Part shown: positions 38,601 through 50,497 of the stretch, one piece after another
Numbering within the stretch: the first letter of the stretch is position 1
How the letters are laid out: each line of letters starts with the position of its first letter
Assembly (NCBI GenBank): GCA_964247055.1
Contig: OZ176055.1
Location: 5,828,001-5,892,000 of the forward strand
DNA from: Paragordius varius
Taxonomy: Eukaryota > Animalia > Nematomorpha
Reading direction: 5' to 3'
DNA length: 64,000 nt
Program-made: the position numbers and the translations under genes
Notes under the pieces: generated by a model
Seen by the model: the letters and a program-made list of their open reading frames with translations, nothing else
The model's database searches: none
Told to the model about the DNA's origin: nothing

Positions 38601-39866
38601 TTAACATTTTTGCATTTGTTGTATATAATAGGTTATAAAAGATTTATAGATGATTTACAAACGATGTTGGGAAAACGATTACCATTACAGGGGTTTTGGT
38701 TATTTTCTTGGATATTTCTTACGCCTCTCATGCTGACAGTAATTATTTCCATATAAATTATATTTATGGTTGACATAATACTGTTAGGTGGCTATGGAAA
38801 ATTTATTCAGCATATGAAATATTAAAGGGTAAATATGCCAGCCAACATACACTAATGCCGTATCGCAATATAAATTTAAAGGACGCAAATAGATGCGATT
38901 GAACTCAGCGGCTAATTAAAAATGACTCGATCATAAACCCTGTATTCCTATATAAAAAATAATTGGTCATACAGAATTCGAATGGTCACACATGTGTTTA
39001 CTATCCTACATTTTAATTATTTTAATCATAGTTATCTTTTTGAAAAAAAATACACAAAGACTATCATACTTTTCTTGCATTTTAAAAAACCGTTCTCAAA
39101 CAAATATTGACCATTTTTGGTTTGTAAAGCTGGTGGTTTGTTTGCCCAAAATACTAAAATTATATGCGCCTCAGTGTGATAGATTGGATAGTATACATAT
39201 TTATCGAATATAATATATCAATTACTTTTGAATTCATATAATAAATTAAATTGCTTGATAGATCATATTTATTGTGAGTCTGCTACCGGATAGTATACAA
39301 CTCATGTACCAAGATTACCAATATCAAACCGTCTTTCAAATCATAGGTTGGATGATTGTAGTGATTGGTCTTGGTCAAATTCCCTTGTGGGCTTTCATAA
39401 ACACGGCTAAACAATCCGGCCCTTGGAAAAAGGTTATTTTTTTTTAATTTCCATTCTATAAAATAGAAATTATACGAAAATGAAAAAATTTAAGGACAAA
39501 TTTTTTTGGAAGAAAAACAATACTTTTTAGAGCTTTTTTTTCTCTACATAGATGATTGAGTTTATTACCCATATATACCTATCTGTTCCTTATTCAACCT
39601 AAAATAGATAAGTTAGAAATATGAAAATCAGCGGTTAAGAAATATGGCTGTTTTTTAGAGTTGTTATATTTTGTCTGCATATAATATCAATTTTTAATGT
39701 ATATTTTTATCTTTATAAAATATAGAAATTTAAAAGGGCCCGAAGGCCGACCACCGATATGTCGCATGTTCATACCGTAAACCGTGATTTGTTTGCAGTC
39801 CAATCCCAAACCAGCTTAGAGGGTACACATAGTGTGCTTTTGGAACCACTTAACTCCAAACATTGA
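29623..39866 (+). CDS. SLC6 (neurotransmitter:sodium symporter) amino-acid-type transporter, tandem copy A; start exon not identified
   Basis: Exons 29623-29806, 34536-34667, 35046-35173, 35269-35378, ~35547-35693, 36072-36210, 36707-36841, 37302-37405, 37561-37721, 37807-37905, 37986-38234, 38632-38738, 39262-39432, 39726-39866. Motifs: [74 protein letters not shown]1 has Gly rather than Asp, so it is not a monoamine transporter. Confidence 0.9.
30915..33900 (-). mobile_element. Decayed RTE/BovB-like non-LTR retrotransposon (APE endonuclease + RT), antisense in an SLC6 copy A intron
   Basis: Endonuclease motifs IGTWN, GIAESH, QIYAPT, VLGDFNA, NQIDF, SDHNLL (33741-32946). RT motifs [27 protein letters not shown] (32052-31648). 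C-terminus [19 protein letters not shown] (31116-30922). Several frameshifts. The 5' boundary is approximate. Confidence 0.93.
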
Positions 39867-39914
39867 TTAATTTATTTCTTCTTATGTGTTATCTATAAAA
39901 CTATATATTTATTA

Positions 39915-40112
39915 CAGTATGCATTTCTAATTACTTATTTTACACCATAGTTGGGTAATTCACACAATTGTATATGGAAAAAAACTATAAACAACCAAAT
40001 ATTGAATAAAATAATTAATGTAAGAAAGGAAAAAGTTGTTTTTTCCATACACTAATGTGTTACGAAATTACCAATTATAATGTGAAATATGCTACCATTG
40101 AAATGCATACTG
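39915..40112. mobile_element. TA-flanked Tc1/mariner-type MITE, 198 bp, largely palindromic
   Basis: TA|CAGTATGCATTTC...GAAATGCATACTG|TA, with an inner inverted pair (GTATATGGAAAAAAAC / GTTTTTTCCATAC). Confidence 0.75.
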
Positions 40113-40114
40113 TA

Positions 40115-40310
40115 TATACAAAATGAGTAAGTTTACATGGCTATTATTTAAATTATTGCTAGATAGTATATTCCAAAAAGAATGGGTTAAAGTAATATTT
40201 TCACTTTACTCTTATTATCCGATAATATAGCTCTTTTCTATATGTGCTATCTGGCAATATATAATAAAAAACTAGGAATGTATATTTACTCATCTGTAAT
40301 TCTGTGTGGC
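40115..40310 (+). repeat. Dispersed repeat, three copies around the SLC6 pair
   Basis: Shared with ~46555-46720 and ~48735-48930 (CAGTATGAGTAAGTATACATTG...TTATCCGATAAT...GCTATCTGGCAAT). Confidence 0.55.
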
Positions 40311-41376
40311 AATAAAAAAGTAATTTTGTATTTGTGGTATATTATTTATACTTGAATTGTGTGAAACAAAATATCACCAAAAATTATCCATTTATCACAA
40401 ACGATATTTTATTATACAATAATATAATATAATAAATTAAGATATATTAATTAATATTTTAATTTGATCATCTCTAATAGTTTAAATCATATAAATTTCT
40501 GCATTACAAATGGTAAATACTTCCCGGTTTTTGAAAAAAGTTGGTATTTGTAACAATTAGCCGTTTATGTATAGAAAAATAAGCATAATTTTATTTTTTA
40601 GCAATCAATAAGGCTATATTTGTGATATGGAATGCTTCCAATCAAAAATCTCAAGATTTTTTCGATTTCCTGTTTGGCATTGGAATAATCAGTATTTAAA
40701 ATATTTTTAATACATACAGATTTATATTTATTTAAATTTTTTAGATATATATATATATATATATATATATGATTTTGCAAAGTTTTATTTACACTATTAT
40801 CTATAGTATCCCAAAAAATTTATACTCAAATTCATCCTATTTCAAACTAAATGGTGGTACATTTTTTTCATTCAACATATTTTAACATTATTGGGCTTCT
40901 TCTTTTAATCATGGCATTTTATATTTATAGCGGAATAATTTATAATAATTTACTTTTGGTTTTATCCTGCGGCTAATAAATTATCACATATAACATACAT
41001 GCATCACCTTATTTTTATTATGCAATACAAATTATAATTTTAAATGCTGTATTTTGTTTTAGAATGACAAAATATTCGTGTATTAACAAGGGTGTTATGT
41101 TACCTGGATGATTATGCAAAATTTTAATCATATAAAATAGGTTAAAATCATAAAAGAGCGGATTAATTAATTTATTGGTATATAAACGCGTAATTGTATC
41201 CCTAAATAATGGAAAAATTATCAGCAATAAATGATGAAAAAAATGAAAAAATGTTCAACACCAATAGTATACTTAACAAAGAGGTAGATAAGATTTTATT
41301 TAAATAATAACTTTAAAAAATAATAACTTATAATCATAAATAATTATACAATACATATTTAGTAATGTAATTAAAA

Positions 41377-44300
41377 ATGAACAGTGATCAAAACATATAT
41401 ACAGGTGTTTTCATTATGTGATTTTTAACCGAAATCAAAAAACTTGTTGAATCTTTTTTGTTTTTTTGCATAAAATCAAAAAGATAACTTGATTATTTAG
41501 ATCACATAGACTAAATTAGATAAAACATATCTAGAAAGATGTTGGAATCATTTTAAATGATACAAATGGGCCAAACGAAGCGATCAACGAAAAAATGGAA
41601 ATTAAGGAAAATCGTCAAGAACGGGGTCATTGGGGAAACTATTTTGAATTTATACTTTCTTGCATTGGCTTTTCAGTGGGTATTGGTAATGTTTGGCGGT
41701 TCCCTTATGTGTGCTATGAAAATGGAGGAGGTTTTTTTACAAGATTTTTGTTAAGAAATGTTTTATACATTATTTCAGAGATCAAAAAAATGGTTATAGA
41801 TATTTAATTCTTTTGTAATTAGGAGCTTTTCTAATTCCCTTCTTCCTCATCCTACTGATGGTAGGCCTTCCTTTTTACTTTATGGAACTGGGATTAGGCC
41901 AATTCACCAGACTAGGACCGCCTGGATGTTTTAACTTGGCACCACTTACCATGGGTATTTTATTTGGCTTATTGCTTGCAAAATATATATAGCAAAAATT
42001 TAAATTATACAGACAAAAGTTACAACTTATGGAAAAATATTTTTTTAAAAGACAGCCCCATATAACATGAATTATTAGTATATAAAGATGCGTAAAATAT
42101 ATCATAAATGAATCATTAGCGTGTAGATTCTAGATAAATATTTTATTTAAGACAACGGCGGAAAATATGCAAGGCTTCGAAATGCAAAAGGCCCTAACTT
42201 TTATCAAAACACTGAAATTCAAAATTCTTACATACCCATTGATATACGACAACATAATTCAAAAAACTATTCCCCCTTTCTTCCATATAAAAAAACAAAT
42301 TACAAAAATAAAGAATAATATGATAGGAGAAATTCATAAATTTTCTATGTAGCAAAATAAAATACCTTTAATGTGTATCTAACAGTTTAAAAATTTAATT
42401 AAAAAGATTGATTCGGACACTATACTTGTCGTCAAAAAACCCGTCATTGATTACAAAATTTTACTTTACATTTTTATTTATTAAATATTAATACAGGAGT
42501 TGGTGTAGCAATGCTCATAGTATCAGCCATAACTGGTATCTTTTACAACGTGGTTATGGCCTATACACTGTTTTATACATTTGCATCTTTTCAAAAACGG
42601 TTACCTTGGACCCATTGTAATGGGGTAAATAAAATTTAAAGTATTATATTTTTTGTTTAAAAAATATCGTATTTAAAATATATTTGGATAGTATATTACA
42701 TTATTATTATTAAATGTAATTTAATACAATACTTTTAAATCAATCATTTATTCATATATTTATTTTTTCCAGATATACAATACAAAAAATTGTTTTGTTC
42801 GATCTATCGCCCTACCTGCTAATAATACGTTGTTAAATACGCAAAATTTAACACGAGTTCTTATGTTAACGGCAGCTTCAAACAATAATTTGATTATGAA
42901 TAATGGCAATATGTCAAATTTGGCAGGCAAAAGTTATAAACAAATGATAGATGACACCAAAAGTCCGTATTTGACAAATGATTCGACTCTTTTGATTGAT
43001 TCTCTGCGCCATTCTTTGGGCGAAACTGAAGCCGAAAACTTTAAAAAGTCGCCCAATGTCAACATTTACAACAACCAAAATCCGTTCGAAAATAAGTTTG
43101 ACTCACCCTCTACTTTCTACAATAATAATCAATCTGGAAATTTATTGATAAATGCTTTAAAAACATATATGAATCAAATGCAACACTTTGTACCACACAA
43201 TAAACCATCGACAAATAATGAGAATGATAATTATCGTGTTAAACGCTCAAGCGATTTTGATATTTCGGTGAATGGGAATTTCAAAAATGGGAAAGAAGGA
43301 ACTAATAACCGAATGATTAGTTCAAGTGAAGAGTATTGGATGTAAAAATTATTATAATATTTTTACATAAAATATGGAAATTATACTGACAAAACATAAA
43401 AACTTCATGACAAATATTTTGGTTTTCAAAAACCAAACTACTTTACTTGTTTTTTTTCAAATATAAGTCATTTTTTTAATTGCAAAGTATGAAATATAGA
43501 TGTAAACCGGCAGAATTAATTATATAATTACAATGTTAATTAAATAATTTATATAGGTAAAATTAAGGTTTTAAAAAAGTATGGTTGCCTTTTGAAAAGA
43601 AATATTTGTCTATATGTTTTTCGGTTTGTTTGGATAATCTCAAGTTTTACTGTATTTTGTTATAAAATCACAAAAGTTAACTACATTAATAATAATATAT
43701 TTAACTTATCAACGAAGAATCCTTTTTATAACTATAATTTACATTTTTTAGACAACGCGTCCTAGATATTAAGGGCTCCACCGGTATGCATCAGCTTGGG
43801 AAAATTAAGTGGGAACTGGCTCTGTGTCTCTTGTTATCATGGAGCATCGTATTCTTAACCCTTTGTAAGGGTATTAGTTCTGCTGGAAAGGTTTTTAATT
43901 TAAATTTGTAGTTTTATTAAGATGTAAAATTTCATCAAATAATTAATTAATGAAAACATAAAGCTAATACTAATATTTTTTTACGCTTATATAGGCAATA
44001 TATTTTACCGCCACGTTTCCCTATCTAATCCTAACCATTTTGCTTATCAAAGGCGCAACATTGCAAGGAGCCCGGCAAGGTATTATCTATTTTCTCCGAC
44101 CTCAATGGGAAAAATTGGCAGAGATTAAAGTTTGACTTTTGTGATTTACTCATACACACATAGGAATATTAATTAAATATGATATAACATGCAAAATATT
44201 TAATTTGTGACCATCTAGGTTTGGAGAGAAGCAGCCGGTCAAGTGTTTTTCTCCCTTTCAGTTGGTTTTGGTGGAATTATAGCATTTAGTTCGTTCAATA

Positions 44301-47300
44301 CATTCAACAATAATTGTCACAGGTAATAAATGCTCCAATGATGTATATAAATTTTTTTTGAAACATATTTTTGGAAAAGTGAGAGAAATAGTTTGGCTCA
44401 TTTTTAATTACATTGTCATGTATCCTTTATTTTATCAAAATTTTTTTTTCGTTAAATGGGTATAAATATTTGGTAAAGAATGGAAAAACAAGAGCTCTCT
44501 GGTAATTCTTATATTTTTTTTCAATAAATATAATGTTAATACCATAGAGCTCTTGTTTTTTCCATTCTTTACCAAATATATATACCCATTTAACGAAAAA
44601 AAAATAAATTTTGATAAAATAAAGGATACATGACTGTATATATTAATTGATAATGTAGGTGTATTAAATGATAATTTTTTTTCAATTATTTTCGGCAGAG
44701 ATGCTTGGATAGTAAGTTTGGCGGATACATTCACATCTATGATTTCAGGGTTCGTTATTTTTTCTGTCATGGGTCACATGTCAGATTATATGGGCAGCAT
44801 CGATCCTATAACGGGAAAATTTATCCCCCTCCCTATTGATCAAGTTGTACAATCTGGAGGTATGCTTTTTATTATGAACGATCTTTATTAATTTAATTTT
44901 AGATTTGGGTTAGACAAAACATGTTTATACAGGAACAAATAAGGTTTAAAAAATATGGTTGTTTTTTGGAAAAAAATGAACTTATGATTTTTTGAATCTG
45001 TTACCAATTTACATTTTAATTCCTTTATCTGCCACAAAACGTTAAGTAATATGTAATGAAAATTAAGTTTAAAAAAGTATGGTTGGTTTTAAAAAAATGT
45101 ATTATGTTTTTACATTTTGTCTGTATAATTTTAATTTTAACCTTAAATTTTGGGTTTTTAAATTTATTTTTTTATATAAATTTTTCTAGGACCGGGGTTA
45201 GCGTTTATAGCGTACCCCGAGGCACTTTCTCGATTCTATCCATCTCAACTTTGGACAGTCATGTTTTTCATCATGTTATTTATGCTGGGTATTTTTTAAT
45301 TTTCCATTATATTATATTGCAAGGTATATTGTGATGTTAAAAATGAAATTATAGTATATGCTATGGGCCAACATTAACTTAAAAAAACCACATTTTGCAT
45401 CTTTACCGATTATATCAATTTAATAATTATTTATGGATAAACACTTCGCTCGGTATAGTAAAGTTAATTAAATTTTGGACCATTTACTATGAATTAAAAA
45501 AATTATGGTTTTCAACAAACAAATGTTAAAACAACGCCAAGTCTGCTCTATCATCTTATTTAAAAATAGGTAAAAACGAATCTTTTTAACCAAATTTAAA
45601 AGAATCGGTATGATATTTGTCCTAAATATACAACCGTTAGCTTAACGATCACTCGATTTTAATGTCTAAATGGTAGGTAATTAACGACCTTTAAAGTTTT
45701 TAACAGACAATACTTAATTCCTCCCCCTTCTCCCCTTTCGATTGGATTGACCGGATGATTAGTCTAAAAAGACCCTTGACTAAAATCTGCTGGGCCTACA
45801 TGAATTAATTAATGGATATTATAAAATTATGGACTTGTATATTTTTAGAAAAAGTCAACTTTTTTTTCTTAATGTTAATTTATTTATCATTAAACCATAT
45901 TCTAGCATATTTGCTAGATACTTTAATTACATATTGTATGTGCTAATAACAGGTTTAAACAGCGAAGTAGCTTACATAGAAACAATCCTCTCTGCATTAC
46001 ACGATAACTTCCCACGAGTATTTCCTTGGAAGTATAAGACATGGGTTTGTCTTGCAGCCTGTGTTATTGGATTCCTGTGTGGACTTCCATGTGTAACACA
46101 GGGAGGCCAATTTGTAATAAAATTTTTGGATCATTTTGGCTCCAATTTCATGGTGGTGGGCATTGGATTGTTTGAAGTCATTGGTATTATGTGGATATAT
46201 GGTATCTCTCAATTTTTTTAAAGTTGGGTTTTGTATGTTACATTTGAGATATTAACTAAACAATTGCATATCGTAACCATGACTTTAACTTATCATGAAC
46301 CCGGTAGAGCCCGTATCAAGACCCTCATTACAAGTTGACTTTTGTCAAATACATTTTTTAAGTAATTGTTTAAATATGTTTTTTCTTTTCGTATATGATG
46401 GCGCCTGAACAACCACAAACCAATTTGTTTAAGGATAAATTTAATTGTTTAAGGGTTGAAAACAATGAACGACCGTGACGCTTATATAGTACCGGTCAAA
46501 AACTTCCAATTTTTATCAATGATTAAAGTAACCATATTAAAATAATAATAATATACAGTATGAATAGGTATACATTGATAGTTTTTCATTAATTATTGAA
46601 TAGCATATTAAGCAAAGGGAAATATTGGCTTATAGTTGTTTTTTCACTTTTTACTATTATTATCCGATAATAATTATCTTTCCTATAATTTCTATTTGGC
46701 AATAACTAACAAATGTAAAAAATTTTGATTTAAAATTTTCTTGAATATGCATTGAAGTTAGAAGCGACTTCTTACATTTTACTTTAGCTAATGAGGACGG
46801 CTTATGACCAGTGGTTTATATGAAAATTAAACGTGGTTAATATTATTTTTTGACCGGTTTCCACCCTATCTGATATCTAACCACCCAGAACTATATATTT
46901 TAAATAGAAGGATAATCAGAATTAGCTAATTAATTTATTCAAAATGAATGATTTTGACGAGGGAAGAGCAAGTTCGAAGTTTTAAACTTACTTGTATATT
47001 TTGATTTATTGTAGAAAACACATTTGTTAATATTAATAGCTTTCAAAACCAAAAATAAAAATATTATTTATTTTATTGTTAGGATTTAAGCAATTCATAG
47101 AGGATTTGCAAACCATGTTAGGGAAACGCATCCCTCTTCGATATTATTGGATGTCAACATGGGTCCTCATTGCTCCCGTCATGTTAGCTGTAATAGAAAT
47201 TTAATTTGTTTGTTCTATATCGGATTAGTTAATACAACTTAGTATAGCGAAAAAGTACCAAATTTTCGCTGGAGATGTCGATTTTTGTTTTAATCTAATG

Positions 47301-48559
47301 TTTGAGATAAATAGTACAAATGCGTTTCTCTCCTATTTATTTATGAGTTTTCAGAATTTAAATTTTTCTATTTAATACACTGGATTTTTCATTTATAAAC
47401 CATATAAATTTAAATTTATAATCTATTATTTAGTGTCTTAGCAATTATTTTTTATTCCTTATTTTGCAATCCAAAACGATTATCAATAAAAAAAATAAGG
47501 TTTAAATTCTTTTTTAATATTTGTCTTTTATTAATTGGAATCAATTCAGAAATAATTGATTTTTTCAAAACAAATTTTCTAATATCACAATGAGTATTTA
47601 TCAAATATAAATATTAAATATCTTATTTTCTAATTTTACTGTAAATATCTAAAAAGTCTTATAAAATTTAAATTTATTCCATTTTAGATTATATTTGCCG
47701 TGAGTTTAATGCCAGATAGTATACATTTGCGTTATGGCGAATATCATTACCATACATCTTTTCAAGTGTTAGGATGGCTTATAGTTATAATTGGATTGGG
47801 TCAAATCCCTTTGTGGGCCTATATTAATACAGCCAAACAACCCGGGATATCTTGGAGACAAGTATATATATATATATATAGTTTAGATTTAGAGTTTTTT
47901 CTTTTTTAGTAAAGGTAAGTTATAATTGTATCATGACTTGTGAAAGCTTTAACACTCGACTGACCTGACAGTGATGATAAAAAATTGCGCAGTTATGGGT
48001 TTCAAAACTGCACTTCAACGCAGTCTAAGAATCTGGCGCCCTACCTAATATACTATGACGTTATTAAAAATAAAAGTTGATTAATTTTTGTTTTATGTTT
48101 TACATGGAACCAAAATAAGAAAACATAGAATCGATACTTTACTTCATTCAAGTATTTCTTAGAAACCGTTTTTTATGTAGAAGTAGAGCTACTTCTCCTT
48201 ATAGTTTTAAGCCCCACTTCAGCGGTGACCAATATTCAATTTTTAGCGGCATGCGTAACCCCTTCGGTTTTATAAAAAATTAAGAAGATTTTAAGCCAAT
48301 CGAAATCACTTATATTTGACTGTCTTAACTTTATAAATAAATACCAAATAATAAAGTTATATTTCAAAATGTAATTAACACATTTTTTGTTATATCCTAG
48401 AAAATAAATAATGCCCGGCAACCGACTCCAGAAATTTCCCACGTTCAAACAGTACAACGCAATTTATTTTCAGTTAATTCGGATCTTGAGATGGATAAAA
48501 ACAATGTAATACTTCATGTAGCTGAACAACCCCAATTTTTACATACGTTTAAGTTGTGA
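41377..48559 (+). CDS. SLC6 amino-acid-type transporter, tandem copy B, with greatly expanded extracellular loop 2
   Basis: Exons (41377-41404 tentative), ~41539-41730, 41823-41954, 42497-42624, 42773-43341, 43752-43890, 43995-44129, 44219-44322, 44699-44859, 45190-45288, 45953-46201, 47083-47189, 47688-47861, 48401-48559. Intron positions and phases match copy A. The last exon [18 protein letters not shown] matches copy [19 protein letters not shown]. Confidence 0.92.
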
Positions 48560-49029
48560 AACTAATAATTTTATATTTTTCTATCACCATATAAAATCAT
48601 ATTATTTCATATATCTTCTCCAATGAAAGTGTATATTAATAATAATATAAATTATTAATTCTTATGATTAATCATCTAGATAAATTCTAGTGTTTTATTT
48701 TATTTTCTATCTAATTATATTTCTAGTTATTTTACAGTATGAGTAAGTATACATTGTTATTTTTTCATTAATTATAGCTTGACAGCTTATAGAGCAAGGG
48801 ATATATAATGATTGGCCAAAGTTATTTTTTTCGCTTTAATGCTATTAACCATTAATATTTTTCTTTGGTGTATATGCTATCTGACATTTATAAACTAGCA
48901 ATGTATATTTTCTCTTTCTGTAGTTAAATTTTTATAACCAAAAGATTTTTTACAAATCGTTTAAGTTCGTTCGGTTTTAGATAATTAAATAGGTGGCTAC
49001 TAAAGAATGATTTTTTAGACACCCGTCGT

Positions 49030-49400
49030 TACGGGATTTATGTGTTTGTTCATTTCATTGAAGAATGTTTTATCCAATAGATTCCCAGTTTTTATATTGA
49101 TTGCAGGTCTTGGGTAATGTTATTGTCCCATGTTATTGCTGGACGACCAACTCTGTTGTTTTTGTTTGGTTTTGTCATATTTTTCAATTATCATTATCTA
49201 ATCTTTATATGTGGTCGTAGTTACCGAGTCTACCGATCTGGCTGTATTTTAAAATCGGTTGAGAAACTGTTCGCTTAAATGTATATATTATTTTTTCCTA
49301 ATATCCAGCATATTCTCTTGTGTTTTGTTCATTGCCATGTCTCACTGGCATATGTTATTGTAGGGTTTTATTGGGTTCGTTGGTAGATATTTATTTCAAA
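49030..49400 (-). mobile_element. Short decayed 3' fragment of an RTE-type LINE
   Basis: Minus-strand pieces PTITYASETW, MNKTQENMLDI and GRPAITWDNNITQDL resemble the C-terminal region of RTE-clade RTs. Confidence 0.65.
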
Positions 49401-50497
49401 TTGTGGCTCAGAATTCATTGTTAAAACGCCATACATAAAAATAAATGCCAAAAACCAATACGTCAATCAGCTGATCATTATTGTCTATAATATTTTATGG
49501 AGTAAAACATGAAATTTTTTATTATACTTTATAATATAAAAGCTGTTAAAAGTTAAAAACACCCAATGTTCCTAAATTATATATCTTTTATAAATTGCTA
49601 AATTTCGGCAAATAAAAATTTTTGATTAAGCTTAGGCCAAAATTTGTGAATTTAAGCTAAAATATGTTATAAATTTTGCATATATTTCAAATGCAGCTTA
49701 TATTGTTAAAAATGACAAAACTAGTGTTAATAATTCCTATAATGATTTGAATCATGGGTGTCCAGCACGCGGCCCGCGAAAAATTATGCTTAAAAATTCT
49801 CAATATAATTGATATTTCTCAATTGACAGCAACTATAAAATATTTTAAGTTTGCATCTCACAATCTTATATATAAAATCTAACAATATGTTTATTTATGT
49901 CCATGTAAACTTCAAACGTAACCTGCCGGAATTTTTGCGTTAAGATTACGGCCCGCATAATGATAAACAATAATTATGTATTTAAGTTATAATTTTTAAA
50001 ACCAGTAAATTATGGATCCCGGATGCATCCACGGCAAGCTTACTAATTTAAAAATATATTCTATATTTTGATTTTGTGCGTTAGGATGGGTTTTAAATTA
50101 AATTTTCCTTGACTACCTAAGGGGCTTGTGTTTAAAGTTTGTTACAAAATCTTGAGCCCACCCTCACAATCGTTTGCGGCATTTAGATATGCACACTGGG
50201 TCGCCAAAGCACCACCGATGCACTTTAAAATAAATATTTAGGTATTAAGAATATCGATCAAATAAAAATAAAACATTTTTTTCTCCAAACAATAGCTTTT
50301 AAATATATTAATTTATTCGTATAAATTATATAGTAATATATATGTATAAATCTTAGGAATACGAATTCATATTTAAATATTAATGACTTACATATTGTTT
50401 TTATAAATTATAATCGGTACGATTTAATAAAAAATATTGCACATGATTTTACACCACATTATGATATCAAGGGGTCTTGATTTACCTCCAAAGTAAT

